From IMG/VR virus record IMGVR_UViG_2718218139_000006: a DNA stretch of 16,353 bases, one strand, 5' to 3'. Made by a program: the position numbers and the translations under genes. Origin of the DNA: a virus. Its lineage: Duplodnaviria; Heunggongvirae; Uroviricota; Caudoviricetes. The stretch's first letter is position 1, and each line of letters begins with the position of its first letter. A model generated the notes under the pieces. That model was given only the letters and a program-made list of their open reading frames with translations. It did no database searches and was not told where the DNA came from. Below are positions 1 through 7,433 of the stretch, in pieces.

Positions 1-940
1 CTATGCTGTTTTGATATCTACGATAATCCAGTCTTTACCACGATCATCATTGTATCGGTCGGTCATTTTTCTGGATTTATGACCTAACAACTTTTGCGTA
101 TCCAGATCCTGTTCCCGATATAACCGTTCTGACAGAGATCGCTGCTCATGAAATGTGGGCGCAGTTCCTTGCTCCCATTTTATGCCACATTTTTCCCTGG
201 CCTTTTTAAAAGCCGTTGTAAGAGTATTTGCAGACACCTGGTCTCCTCTGTTTGCTTGAGAGGTAGTGTGACGGTAATGGACCAGATATTTACTAACAAC
301 AGCATCCCTGCACTGAGATATAACTTCACGAAGGGTAATATTCAGAGCATCGCATTTCAGGTTAAGCGGAATAGCAAGTTTTGAACCGGTTTTTTCCTGA
401 GTAATGTGCAACATGTCGTCCCAGATATCAGAGAATTTCAAATTGCAGATATCGCCTAAACGTTGTCCAGTGACAAGAGCAAGTAGCATCCCGCATTTTA
501 AATAGGGCTGCCGTCTGCTTACGCTGTCAAATATTGCCTGCCATTCGGACAGTGATAATCTTTGGCGGTTTACTCGATTTCGCGGTTGTTTTGTTGCCTG
601 CGCTGGGTTAAATCCTGGCGGAACATGTCCTGCGTGTTGTGCTTCTTTGAAGACGTCGATCAACACCATTCTCACGACTTGCGCCATCCTGTTATGACCT
701 TCAGCCTTTACAGCATCAATTATTTCGGCAATATCAAGTGCGGTAATATCCTTGTGGTGTTGCATTCCACAATGCTCACGGAAGAGACGAATGGGTTTGC
801 CTTTTTGCCGATAGGAGTTGGGTCTTAGTTCATTATGTTGCAGCCTGTCCTCCTGGATAGAAATATATTTATCAAGCCATTCTGTCACCGTAATGTCTGA
901 GCGCCTGCCTTTCATTCTTTCCAGACGCTCATTGACGCTT
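1..940 (-). pseudogene. int: Phage tyrosine integrase, 3' portion (312 codons plus stop), cut off from its 5' end by an IS insertion
   Basis: Translation ends ...LGHKSRKMTDRYNDDRGKDWIIVDIKTA, resembling the lambda Int C-terminus (HxxR...Y catalytic region). Stop codon at 1-3 (cta = TAG on minus). The frame continues into the IS end at 941; the Met at 970-972 in the ORF track lies inside the IS and is not the native start. Confidence 0.85.
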
Positions 941-983
941 TGAGGTGTACTGGCAATAGCGGACACTACCATTTGTTCTTTTT

Positions 984-1802
984 TTAAGCAGCCATCTGAT
1001 GATATTTTTCCCTGAAGGCTGCCGGGGAGATATTCCCCAGACGAGAGTGACGACGCTGACGATTGTAGAAAATCTCAATGTATTCCCGTATTACTGAGAT
1101 GGCTTCATCCCGGTTATTAAAACGATAGTGGCTCAGGCTCTCATTTTTCAGCGTTCCCCAGAAGCTTTCCATCGGAGCGTTGTCGTAACAGTTACCTTTA
1201 CGCGACATTGATGTTTTCAGACCAAACTGCTCCTGTATGACCCGGTAATCGTATGCGCAGTACTGTGAACCTCGATCAGAGTGGTGGATTAGCCCGGCAG
1301 GTGGGCGCTGGCTCCTGAGCGCCATAAACAGGGCTTTACCTGTCAGCTCTTTTGTCATGCGCTCTCCCATGGCGTAGCCGACAATTTCGCACGTATAAAC
1401 ATCTTTGATGCCAGCGAGGTACAACCATCCCTCCTGTGTGGCAACATACGTCAGGTCCGCCACCCAGACCTGATTTGGTGCTGTAGGAGCGAACGTCTGG
1501 TTCAGCAGATTTGGCGCAACTGGCAGATTGTGGTTCGAGTTCGTAGTCGCTCTGAACTTGCGTTTCTGCTTACAGCGTAGCCTTAGCTCCTTACGAAGAC
1601 GTGCCAGTCGGTCACGACCAACGATGATGCCATTCTCTGCCAGCTCCGTCTGGAGCCGCCGGGTTCCATATGTTTCGCGAGTGCGGATATGTGCCACCTT
1701 AATCTCCAGTTTTAGCCGCTCATCACTTTGTTTTCTGTCTGAGGGTTCATGCTGTACCCAGTTGTAATAACCGCTCCTGGATACACCAAATACCTGACAC
1801 AT
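984..1802 (-). CDS. IS3-family transposase OrfB (DDE/integrase catalytic domain), normally made as an OrfAB frameshift fusion
   Basis: 272-aa ORF with conserved IS3 OrfB motifs (WVADLTYV, HHSDRGSQY, CYDNAPMESFWGTLK). Lies in the -1 frame relative to orfA. Confidence 0.85.
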   Translation of the reverse strand: MCQVFGVSRSGYYNWVQHEPSDRKQSDERLKLEIKVAHIRTRETYGTRRLQTELAENGIIVGRDRLARLRKELRLRCKQKRKFRATTNSNHNLPVAPNLLNQTFAPTAPNQVWVADLTYVATQEGWLYLAGIKDVYTCEIVGYAMGERMTKELTGKALFMALRSQRPPAGLIHHSDRGSQYCAYDYRVIQEQFGLKTSMSRKGNCYDNAPMESFWGTLKNESLSHYRFNNRDEAISVIREYIEIFYNRQRRHSRLGNISPAAFREKYHQMAA

Positions 1803-1837
1803 CGCTTCAATGGGAAATTGTTGTCGCCATTGTTCGA

Positions 1838-2140
1838 TTAACGCGTATTTTTCAGCGACTCCTGTGCAAAATACGCTGTTGCTTTTTTTAATATATCTCG
1901 CTCAAGGCGAGCTTCATTTAACGCCTTACGCAGTTGCAGAATTTCAGATTCCAGTTCAGCCACCGTGCGGGAACCAGGAGTACCGAGCCCTTTTCTGGCG
2001 GCGGTAACCCATTGTCCTAAAGTGCCTTCAGGAAGAGATAATCGGGAAGCGCCTTCACTGATCGAAAGTTGATTTTCAAGAACCGTTCTGACAGCTTCGG
2101 CTTTGAACTCTTTAGAGTAACGTTGGGTTTTTCTGCTCAT
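1838..2140 (-). CDS. IS3-family transposase OrfA (HTH DNA-binding, leucine-zipper-like C-terminus)
   Basis: 100-aa ORF (MSRKTQRYSKEFKAEAVR...) typical of IS3-family OrfA. The slippery A-run sits near its 3' end. Start codon is about 60 bp inside the IS end. Confidence 0.85.
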   Translation of the reverse strand: MSRKTQRYSKEFKAEAVRTVLENQLSISEGASRLSLPEGTLGQWVTAARKGLGTPGSRTVAELESEILQLRKALNEARLERDILKKATAYFAQESLKNTR

Positions 2141-2207
2141 TATTAGCTCCTTCTGATGCCATTCTATTTCAGGAAGGAGTGTCCGTTAAACTCAGGCTAC
2201 CTCACTT

Positions 2208-2410
2208 AATATTTGTCGGGTACGTTGTTCAGCAATAATGGTATTTGCTTCAGTAGCAACCTGTTTTGCTTCATTCTCATCAGTTCCTAAACTATGAAAA
2301 CGACCGGATAGTGGATGTTTGTATTGCCAATATACCTTTCCGGTTCGCTTATCTAATTTGCAATATAAATTGGGTATAGAGATTTTGTGAGATCGGGGTC
2401 TAGCAGCCAT
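2208..2410 (-). pseudogene. int: Integrase 5' portion (N-terminal arm-type DNA-binding domain, 68 codons), separated from the rest by the IS
   Basis: MAARPRSHKISIPNLYCKLDKRTGKVYWQYKHPLSGRFHSLGTDENEAKQ... resembles lambda-type Int N-termini. The reading frame is continuous with the 1-940 fragment once 941-2207 (IS plus one CTT copy) is removed, giving a predicted 380-aa integrase. The int start overlaps the xis stop. Confidence 0.8.
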
Positions 2411-2636
2411 CAGCGATTATCCGTTGGAGTTTTGGGTTTGCGTTGATTGGGAGTTGCGGTTCTGCAAGCGTTCCTACAAAACGGGAATTTCGGTCAATCA
2501 TCCAGTAGCGACCAACTTTTATAGCGGGTGGGGCCATCATTTTCCCTTGCGCGTATTTTTTCAGAACTCGCTCACTTGGTGCTAAGTCCCCAAATTCTTC
2601 TTTAGCCCAGTCCTGTAAAGTGATTAGTCGAGACAT
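2400..2636 (-). CDS. xis: Excisionase (lambda Xis-like winged-helix)
   Basis: 78 aa; MSRLITLQDWAKEE...MMAPPAIKVGRYWMID aligns to lambda Xis motifs (LTLQEW, IFPPPVKDGREYLF). The 3' end overlaps the int start by 11 nt, the classic xis-int arrangement. Confidence 0.75.
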   Translation of the reverse strand: MSRLITLQDWAKEEFGDLAPSERVLKKYAQGKMMAPPAIKVGRYWMIDRNSRFVGTLAEPQLPINANPKLQRIIADGC

Positions 2637-2775
2637 TTGTCCTCCTCTTAGCTGCTGAGGGAGTTTGTGACCGATATATCTGACATGATATTAAGCTTAT
2701 GGCAGGTACATCTCTTGACTGGTCATAGAGATAAATTTAATGCTGAGAAATGCAGTATTGAATTTATCAATTTTT

Positions 2776-3015
2776 CTATTTCCTGCGTATGGCACGTAAC
2801 TTCTTAATGTGTTCTGCCGTTTCGATCTCTTCTGCTATCCGATCTGCATCAGCTTTATTCACAGGTTCAAAGTCATGATTAAAGCGGAACATGCTGGCGA
2901 TACATGTTCTGCCTTTTCGGATGTAGTGAACTTTGTTGTGGGTAGAACGCAGGATTTTGCAGGGAGTGCCGTGGTGATCGACGTACCAGGTGTTAGGAAA
3001 AATGATTCTGAACAT
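2776..3015 (-). CDS. Hypothetical small protein (79 aa) in the early-left operon position
   Basis: ATG ORF with a good Shine-Dalgarno (GAGGTG, 4-nt spacer before the ATG at 3015), co-oriented with xis/int. No family recognised. Confidence 0.5.
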   Translation of the reverse strand: MFRIIFPNTWYVDHHGTPCKILRSTHNKVHYIRKGRTCIASMFRFNHDFEPVNKADADRIAEEIETAEHIKKLRAIRRK

Positions 3016-3062
3016 TTTTACACCTCAATTGGACGATGTTGAAATTTGCTGCTTTGAGGCCA

Positions 3063-3281
3063 TCACAGTCCCCATTGTTTGTTCTTAAGTTCGATCTCCT
3101 CCTGGCAACTTGCACAAGTCCGACAACCCTGAACGGCCAGGCGTCTTCGTTCATCTATCGGATCGCCACACTCACAACAATGAGTGGCAGATATAGCCTG
3201 GTGGTTCAGGCGGCGCATTTTTATTGCTGTGTTGCGCTGTAATTCTTCAATTTCTGATGCTGAATCAATGATGTCTGCCAT
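3063..3281 (-). CDS. DksA/TraR-family C4 zinc-finger protein (phage TraR-like)
   Basis: 72 aa with CxxC-(17 aa)-CxxC (CECGDPIDERRRLAVQGCRTCASCQ) and size like TraR/lambda Orf73-type proteins. Same orientation as the xis/int operon. Confidence 0.65.
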   Translation of the reverse strand: MADIIDSASEIEELQRNTAIKMRRLNHQAISATHCCECGDPIDERRRLAVQGCRTCASCQEEIELKNKQWGL

Positions 3282-3330
3282 CTTTCATTAATCCCTGAAT
3301 TGTTGGTTAATACGCTTGAGGGTGAATGCG

Positions 3331-3356
3331 AATAATAAAAAAGGAGCCTGTAGCTC
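3331..3356 (-). terminator. Candidate intrinsic terminator on the minus strand
   Basis: Minus-strand hairpin GGAGC-TACAG-GCTCC followed by TTTTTTATTATT, just downstream of the 3380 stop. The stem is only 5 bp, so it is weak. Confidence 0.35.
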
Positions 3357-3379
3357 CATGATGATTTTGTTTTTCATGT

Positions 3380-3595
3380 TCACCGTTCCTTAAAGACGCC
3401 GTTTAACATGCCGATCGCCAGGCTTAAATGAGTCGGTGTGAATCCCATCAGCGTTACCGTTTCGCGGTGCTTCTTCAGTACGCTACGGCAAATGTCATCG
3501 ACGTTTTTATCCGGAAACTGCTGTCTGGCTTTTTTGATTTCATAATTAGCCTGACGGGCAATACTGCGAAGGGCGTTTTCTTGCTGAGGTGTCAT
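3380..3595 (-). CDS. Hypothetical small protein (71 aa from the ATG at 3595; an alternative upstream start at 3727 would give 115 aa)
   Basis: ORF MTPQQENALRSIARQANYEIKKARQQ... in early-left orientation, followed by the candidate terminator. Its 5' region overlaps the plus-strand Q-like ORF, so one of the two starts is probably wrong. Confidence 0.35.
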   Translation of the reverse strand: MTPQQENALRSIARQANYEIKKARQQFPDKNVDDICRSVLKKHRETVTLMGFTPTHLSLAIGMLNGVFKER

Positions 3596-4191
3596 TGAAC
3601 AAGTCCCATGTCGGCAAGCATACATACAAACGAAAGAAACCGCGCATTCTGGATGAAGTGACCGGCAGGTTAATAACGCTGGATAATCCGCCGATACCCG
3701 GTAAGCAGTCACGGGCGAAAGGCTCATCCATTGCCCTGGTCAGTCCGATCGAGTTCTCAACATCATCATGGCGCCGCGCGGTTCTGTCTCTCGAAGAACA
3801 TCAGAAAGCGTGGTTGCTGTGGAGTTACAGCGAAAGTGTTCGCTGGGAACATCAGGTCACCATAACGCAGTGGGCATGGAGCGAGTTTAAGACTCTGTTG
3901 GGTACCAGGAAAATTGCAGGTAAGACACTGGAACGTTTGAAGAAGTTGATCTGGCTGGCGGCACAGGATGTGAAGAACGAGCTGGCAGGGCGTAAGACCT
4001 ATGAATACCAGGAGTTGGCATCACTGGTGGGAGTGACATCAAAAAACTGGTCTGAGACATTTACTGAACGCTGGGTTGCAATGAAGCACATTTTTCTACA
4101 GCTTGATAGCCAAGCTTTATTGCTTTTAACGAAAACACGTTCAAAACAAAAGACCACATTTTCACAGCAAGATATTGCAAAACTGGATTAA
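3589..4191 (+). CDS. Putative late-gene regulator (Q-antiterminator-like by position), HTH-like segment near the C-terminus; start uncertain, possibly 5'-truncated
   Basis: 200-codon ORF immediately upstream of a terminator-rich leader and the lysis cassette, the canonical Q position. Contains an HTH-like stretch (YQELASLVGVTSKNWSETF). There is no in-frame ATG near the 5' end (only GTG/TTG candidates) and no recognised similarity to lambda Q. Confidence 0.35.
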   Translation: MSLNKSHVGKHTYKRKKPRILDEVTGRLITLDNPPIPGKQSRAKGSSIALVSPIEFSTSSWRRAVLSLEEHQKAWLLWSYSESVRWEHQVTITQWAWSEFKTLLGTRKIAGKTLERLKKLIWLAAQDVKNELAGRKTYEYQELASLVGVTSKNWSETFTERWVAMKHIFLQLDSQALLLLTKTRSKQKTTFSQQDIAKLD

Positions 4192-4260
4192 AAATCATAT
4201 ATTTTATGTAAATCTGATATTTTGCCAATGTTGTACGCACTGGCCGTAATCCAAATTCAA

Positions 4261-4296
4261 GCCCGAGGTTTAAAGCCTTGGGCTTTTCTGTTTCTG
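4261..4296 (+). terminator. Candidate intrinsic terminator / structured late-leader element
   Basis: Hairpin GCCCGAGG-tttaaag-CCTTGGGC (8 bp with one G-U pair) followed by a U-rich tract (ttttctgtttctg). Confidence 0.45.
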
Positions 4297-4372
4297 GGCG
4301 GTGAGTATCCTTCCAACGTACCCCAGCCAGGGTGTCTTCAGCTGTTGAGTTGATATTGCTTAACCCTCTGTT

Positions 4373-4398
4373 GCCAGCTACATGCTGGCTTTTTTATT
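4373..4398 (+). terminator. Candidate tR'-like intrinsic terminator between the Q-like gene and the lysis genes
   Basis: Hairpin GCCAGC-tacat-GCTGGC followed by TTTTTTATT. Confidence 0.55.
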
Positions 4399-4512
4399 CC
4401 AGGCTTGCGGGGAGCATCAACTCCGTGCTTTGTCGTTAAATTACCCCGTGAGCCTGATTTCTGACATTTAACGTCCCGGCCTTTTGTCGGCGGCGAAACA
4501 TTGGCTATTCAT

Positions 4513-4818
4513 ATGCACGAAAAAGAGAGCCTTGCCGGAGCGTTCTGGCTCGTTTTGCTGATCATCGCAGGTTGGGGCGGTCTGGTCCGCTACCTGATAG
4601 ATGTGAAGCAGAGTAAAGCAACGTGGAGCTGGATAAATGCTTTGGCTCAGATAGTGGTGTCGGGATTCACCGGTGTTATTGGTGGCCTGATCAGTATCGA
4701 AAGTGGATTCAGTATTTACATGATTCTCGCGACAGCGGGGATTAGTGGTGCGATGGGTTCGGTTGCACTGACATACTTCTGGGAACGACTGACAGGGGTG
4801 AAAAATGCAAAATCTTAA
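4513..4818 (+). CDS. Holin (not lambda S-like), about 101 aa from ATG 4513; the ORF track begins at TTG 4501
   Basis: Small protein with several hydrophobic transmembrane-like segments and a charged C-terminus, directly upstream of and overlapping the endolysin gene. Confidence 0.7.
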   Translation: MHEKESLAGAFWLVLLIIAGWGGLVRYLIDVKQSKATWSWINALAQIVVSGFTGVIGGLISIESGFSIYMILATAGISGAMGSVALTYFWERLTGVKNAKS

Positions 4819-5281
4819 TCCTCAGCGTAAAGCTTTCCTCGATATGGTGGCATGGTCAGAAGGAACGGATAACGGACGGCAGAAAACCAGAAATCATGGT
4901 TATGACGTCATTGTAGGCGGAGAGCTATTTACTGATTACTCCGATCACCCTCGCAAACTTGTCACGCTAAACCCCAAACTCAAATCAACAGCAGCCGGAC
5001 GTTATCAGCTTCTTTCACGCTGGTGGGATGCTTACCGTAAGCAGCTTGGCCTGAAAGACTTCTCCCCCAAAAGCCAGGACGCAGTGGCATTGCAGCAGAT
5101 TAAAGAACGTGGCGCTTTACCGATGATTGATCGCGGTGATATTCGTCAGGCAATTGACCGTTGCAGCAATATCTGGGCTTCACTGCCGGGCGCTGGTTAT
5201 GGTCAGTTCGAGCATAAGGCTGACAGCCTGATTGCAAAATTCAAAGAAGCTGGCGGAACGGTCAGAGAGATTGAGGTATGA
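4805..5281 (+). CDS. R: Endolysin R (lytic transglycosylase), lambda R homolog
   Basis: 158 aa; from residue 8 (QRKAFLDM...) onward matches lambda R as I recall it, while the first 7 residues differ. Confidence 0.9.
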   Translation: MQNLNPQRKAFLDMVAWSEGTDNGRQKTRNHGYDVIVGGELFTDYSDHPRKLVTLNPKLKSTAAGRYQLLSRWWDAYRKQLGLKDFSPKSQDAVALQQIKERGALPMIDRGDIRQAIDRCSNIWASLPGAGYGQFEHKADSLIAKFKEAGGTVREIEV

Positions 5282-5739
5282 GCAGAGTAACCGCGATTAT
5301 CTCCGCTCTGGTTATTTGCATCATCGTCTGCCTGTCTTGGGCTGTTAATCATTACCGTGATAACGCCATTACCTACAAGGCCCAGCGCGACAAAAATGCC
5401 AGAGAACTGAAGCTGGCGAACGCGGCAATTACTGACATGCAGATGCGTCAGCGTGATGTTGCTGCGCTCGATGCAAAATACACGAAGGAGTTAGCTGATG
5501 CTAAAGCTGAAAATGATGCTCTGCGTGATGATGTTGCCGCTGGTCGTCGTCGGTTGCACATCAAAGCAGTCTGTCAGTCAGTGCGTGAAGCCACCACCGC
5601 CTCCGGCGTGGATAATGCAGCCTCCCCCCGACTGGCAGACACCGCTGAACGGGATTATTTCACCCTCAGAGAGAGGCTGATCACTATGCAAAAACAACTG
5701 GAAGGAACCCAGAAGTATATTAATGAGCAGTGCAGATAG
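5278..5739 (+). CDS. Rz: Spanin inner-membrane subunit Rz
   Basis: 153 aa, [58 protein letters not shown]..., matching lambda Rz. ATGA start/stop overlap with R. Confidence 0.9.
   Translation: MSRVTAIISALVICIIVCLSWAVNHYRDNAITYKAQRDKNARELKLANAAITDMQMRQRDVAALDAKYTKELADAKAENDALRDDVAAGRRRLHIKAVCQSVREATTASGVDNAASPRLADTAERDYFTLRERLITMQKQLEGTQKYINEQCR
5498..5680 (+). CDS. Rz1: Spanin outer-membrane lipoprotein subunit Rz1, embedded in the +1 frame of Rz
   Basis: 60 aa, [24 protein letters not shown]... with a lipobox (VVGC) and a proline-rich stretch, matching lambda Rz1. Confidence 0.85.
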   Translation: MLKLKMMLCVMMLPLVVVGCTSKQSVSQCVKPPPPPAWIMQPPPDWQTPLNGIISPSERG

Positions 5740-5740
5740 A

Positions 5741-5762
5741 GTTGCCCATATCGATGGGCAAC
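5741..5762. terminator. Candidate bidirectional terminator hairpin between convergent Rz and bor
   Basis: Perfect 9-bp stem GTTGCCCAT-atcg-ATGGGCAAC lying exactly between the Rz stop (5739) and the bor stop (5771). Confidence 0.5.
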
Positions 5763-5770
5763 TCATGCAA

Positions 5771-6064
5771 TTATTGTGAGCAATACACACGCGCTTCCAG
5801 CGGAGTATAAATGCCTAAAGTAATAAAACCGAGCAATCCATTTACGAATGTTTGCTGGGTTTCTGTTTTAACAACATTTTCTGCGCCGCCACAAATTTTG
5901 GCTGCATCGACAGTTTTCTTCTGCCCAATTCCAGAGACGAAGAAATGGTGGGTGATGGTTTCCTTTGGTGTTACTGCTGCCGGTTTGTTTTGAACAGTAA
6001 ACGTCTGTTGGGCACATCCTGTAATAAGCAGGGCCAGCGCAGTAGCGAGTAGCATTTTTTTCAT
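5771..6064 (-). CDS. bor: Bor lipoprotein (serum-resistance-associated lysogenic conversion protein)
   Basis: 97 aa, MKKMLLATALALLITGCAQQ... with signal peptide and lipobox (LITGC); matches lambda Bor. Confidence 0.9.
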   Translation of the reverse strand: MKKMLLATALALLITGCAQQTFTVQNKPAAVTPKETITHHFFVSGIGQKKTVDAAKICGGAENVVKTETQQTFVNGLLGFITLGIYTPLEARVYCSQ

Positions 6065-6208
6065 GGTGTTATTCCCGATGCTTTTTAAAGTTCGCAGAAT
6101 CGTATGTGTAGAAAATTAAACAAACCCTAAACAAACCCTAAACAATGAGTTGAAATCTCATATTGTTAATATTTATTAATGTATGTCAGATGCGAAGGAT
6201 CGTCACTG

Positions 6209-6274
6209 TATTCCCGGATTAACTATGTCCGCAGCCCTGACAGGGAAACTCCTCTGCGGGAGTGTCCGGGAATA
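6209..6274. repeat. Nested dyad-symmetry element in the bor-downstream intergenic region
   Basis: Perfect 10-bp inverted repeat TATTCCCGGA (6209-6218) / TCCGGGAATA (6265-6274) enclosing an inner inverted repeat CCGCAG (6229-6234) / CTGCGG (6254-6259) and a central CCCTG-a-CAGGG. Confidence 0.6.
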
Positions 6275-6366
6275 ATTAATAACGATGCACACAGGGTTTA
6301 GCGCGTACACGTATTGCATTATGCCAACGCCCCGGTGCTGACACGGAAGAAACCGGACGTTATGAT

Positions 6367-6900
6367 TTAGCGTGGAAAGATTTGTGTAGTGTTCTGAATG
6401 CTCTCAGTAAATAGTAATGAATTATCAAAGGCATAGTAATATCTTTTATGTTCGTGGATATTTGTAACCCATCGGAAAACTCCTGCTTTAGCAAGATTTT
6501 CCCTGTATTGCTGAAATGTGATTTCTCTTGATTTCAACCTATCATAGGACGTTTCTATAAGATGCGTATTTCTTGAGAATTTAACATTTACAACCTTTTT
6601 AAGTCCTTTTATTAACACAGTGTTATCGTTTTCTAACACAATGTGAATATTATCTGTGGCTAGATAGTAAATATAATGTGAGACATTGTGACGTTTTAGT
6701 TCAGAATAAAACAATTCACAGTTTAAATCTTTTCGCACTTGATCGAATATTTCTTTAAAAATGGCAACCTGAGCCATTGGTAAAACCTTCCATGTGATAC
6801 GAGGGCGCGTAGTTTGCATTATCGTTTTTATTGTTTCAATCTGGTCTGACCTCTTTGTGTTTTGTTGATGATTTATGTCAAATATTAGGAATGTTTTCAA
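6367..6900 (-). CDS. Conserved lambdoid late-region hypothetical protein (at the position of the lambda ORF downstream of bor)
   Basis: 177-aa ORF co-oriented with bor. Its position relative to Rz/bor/cos matches an unnamed lambda ORF. Confidence 0.55.
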   Translation of the reverse strand: MKTFLIFDINHQQNTKRSDQIETIKTIMQTTRPRITWKVLPMAQVAIFKEIFDQVRKDLNCELFYSELKRHNVSHYIYYLATDNIHIVLENDNTVLIKGLKKVVNVKFSRNTHLIETSYDRLKSREITFQQYRENLAKAGVFRWVTNIHEHKRYYYAFDNSLLFTESIQNTTQIFPR

Positions 6901-7062
6901 TTAATAGTATTGGTTGCGTAACAAAGTGCGGTCCTGCTGGCATTCTGGAGGGAAATACAACCGACAGATGTATGTAAGGCCAACGTGCTCAAATCTTCAT
7001 ACAGAAAGATTTGAAGTAATATTTTAACCGCTAGATGAAGAGCAAGCGCATGGAGCGACAAA

Positions 7063-7269
7063 ATGAATAAAGAACAATCTGCTGATGATCCCTCCGTGGA
7101 TCTGATTCGTGTAAAAAATATGCTTAATAGCACCATTTCTATGAGTTACCCTGATGTTGTAATTGCATGTATAGAACATAAGGTGTCTCTGGAAGCATTC
7201 AGGGTAATTGAGGCAGCGTTGGTGAAGCACGATAATAATATGAAGGATTATTCCCTGGTGGTTGACTGA
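7063..7269 (+). CDS. Small conserved lambdoid hypothetical protein (68 aa)
   Basis: ATG ORF at the position of a small lambda right-end ORF. Confidence 0.45.
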   Translation: MNKEQSADDPSVDLIRVKNMLNSTISMSYPDVVIACIEHKVSLEAFRVIEAALVKHDNNMKDYSLVVD

Positions 7270-7433
7270 TCACCATAACTGCTAATCATTCAAACTACTT
7301 AACCTGTGACAGAGCCAACACGCAGTCTGTCACTGTCAGGAAAGTGGTAAAACTGCAACTCAATTACTGCAATGCCCTCGTAATTAAGTGAATTTACAAT
7401 ATCGTCCTGTTCGGAGGGAAGAACGCGGGATGT

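Larger units (their letters stand above)
941..2204 (-). mobile_element. IS3-family insertion sequence, IS600-like, 1264 bp
   Basis: Imperfect terminal inverted repeats with TG...CA termini (941-970 TGAGGTGTACTGGCAATAGCGGACACTACC vs reverse complement of 2175-2204 TGAGGTAGCCTGAGTTTAACGGACACTCCT, about 20/30 matches). Flanked by a 3-bp direct repeat CTT at 938-940 and 2205-2207. Carries orfA and orfB in the typical -1 frame arrangement, with an A7-G slippery run at about 1883-1890 inside the end of orfA. The IS600 name is from memory of the OrfA/OrfB sequences and the 1264-bp length; family assignment is firmer than the exact IS name. Confidence 0.8.

Noticed and set aside
148-828. Plus-strand ORFs 148-384 and 562-828
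   Set aside because: Antisense to the integrase coding sequence; no ribosome-binding sites or recognisable domains. The integrase frame explains the region.
970-972. Apparent integrase start codon at 970-972 (MVVSAIAS...)
   Set aside because: This Met and the following residues are encoded by the IS terminal repeat, since the IS begins at 941. The integrase sequence proper resumes at codon 937-939, so this is an artefact of ORF calling across the insertion junction.
1528-2007. Plus-strand ORFs 1528-1767 and 1810-2007
   Set aside because: Antisense to IS orfB/orfA, which fully account for this interval.
3358-3393. 11-codon hydrophobic micro-ORF (MMILFFMFTVP) downstream of an AGGAG motif
   Set aside because: Too short to support and has suboptimal SD spacing. 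The same bases form the minus-strand terminator-like hairpin and overlap the 3' end of the 3380 ORF.
4192-4500. Possible tRNA gene between the Q-like gene and holin (lambdoid phages often carry tRNAs there)
   Set aside because: No cloverleaf-compatible sequence or T-loop (GTTCGA-type) motif seen; the hairpins present are followed by T-tracts and look like terminators.
5811-6052. Plus-strand ORFs 5811-5993 and 5852-6052
   Set aside because: Antisense to bor, which matches the known lipoprotein.
6897-7230. Minus-strand ORFs 6897-7136 and 7024-7230
   Set aside because: They overlap each other and the plus-strand 7063-7269 ORF and have low-complexity composition. No support for calling them over the plus-strand ORF, which itself is only moderately supported.
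7302-7341. Imperfect dyad CCTGTGACAG ... CTGTCACTGTCAGG downstream of the 7063-7269 ORF
   Set aside because: The symmetry is imperfect and lacks a following U-tract. It could be a weak terminator or a chance feature; not enough to report.
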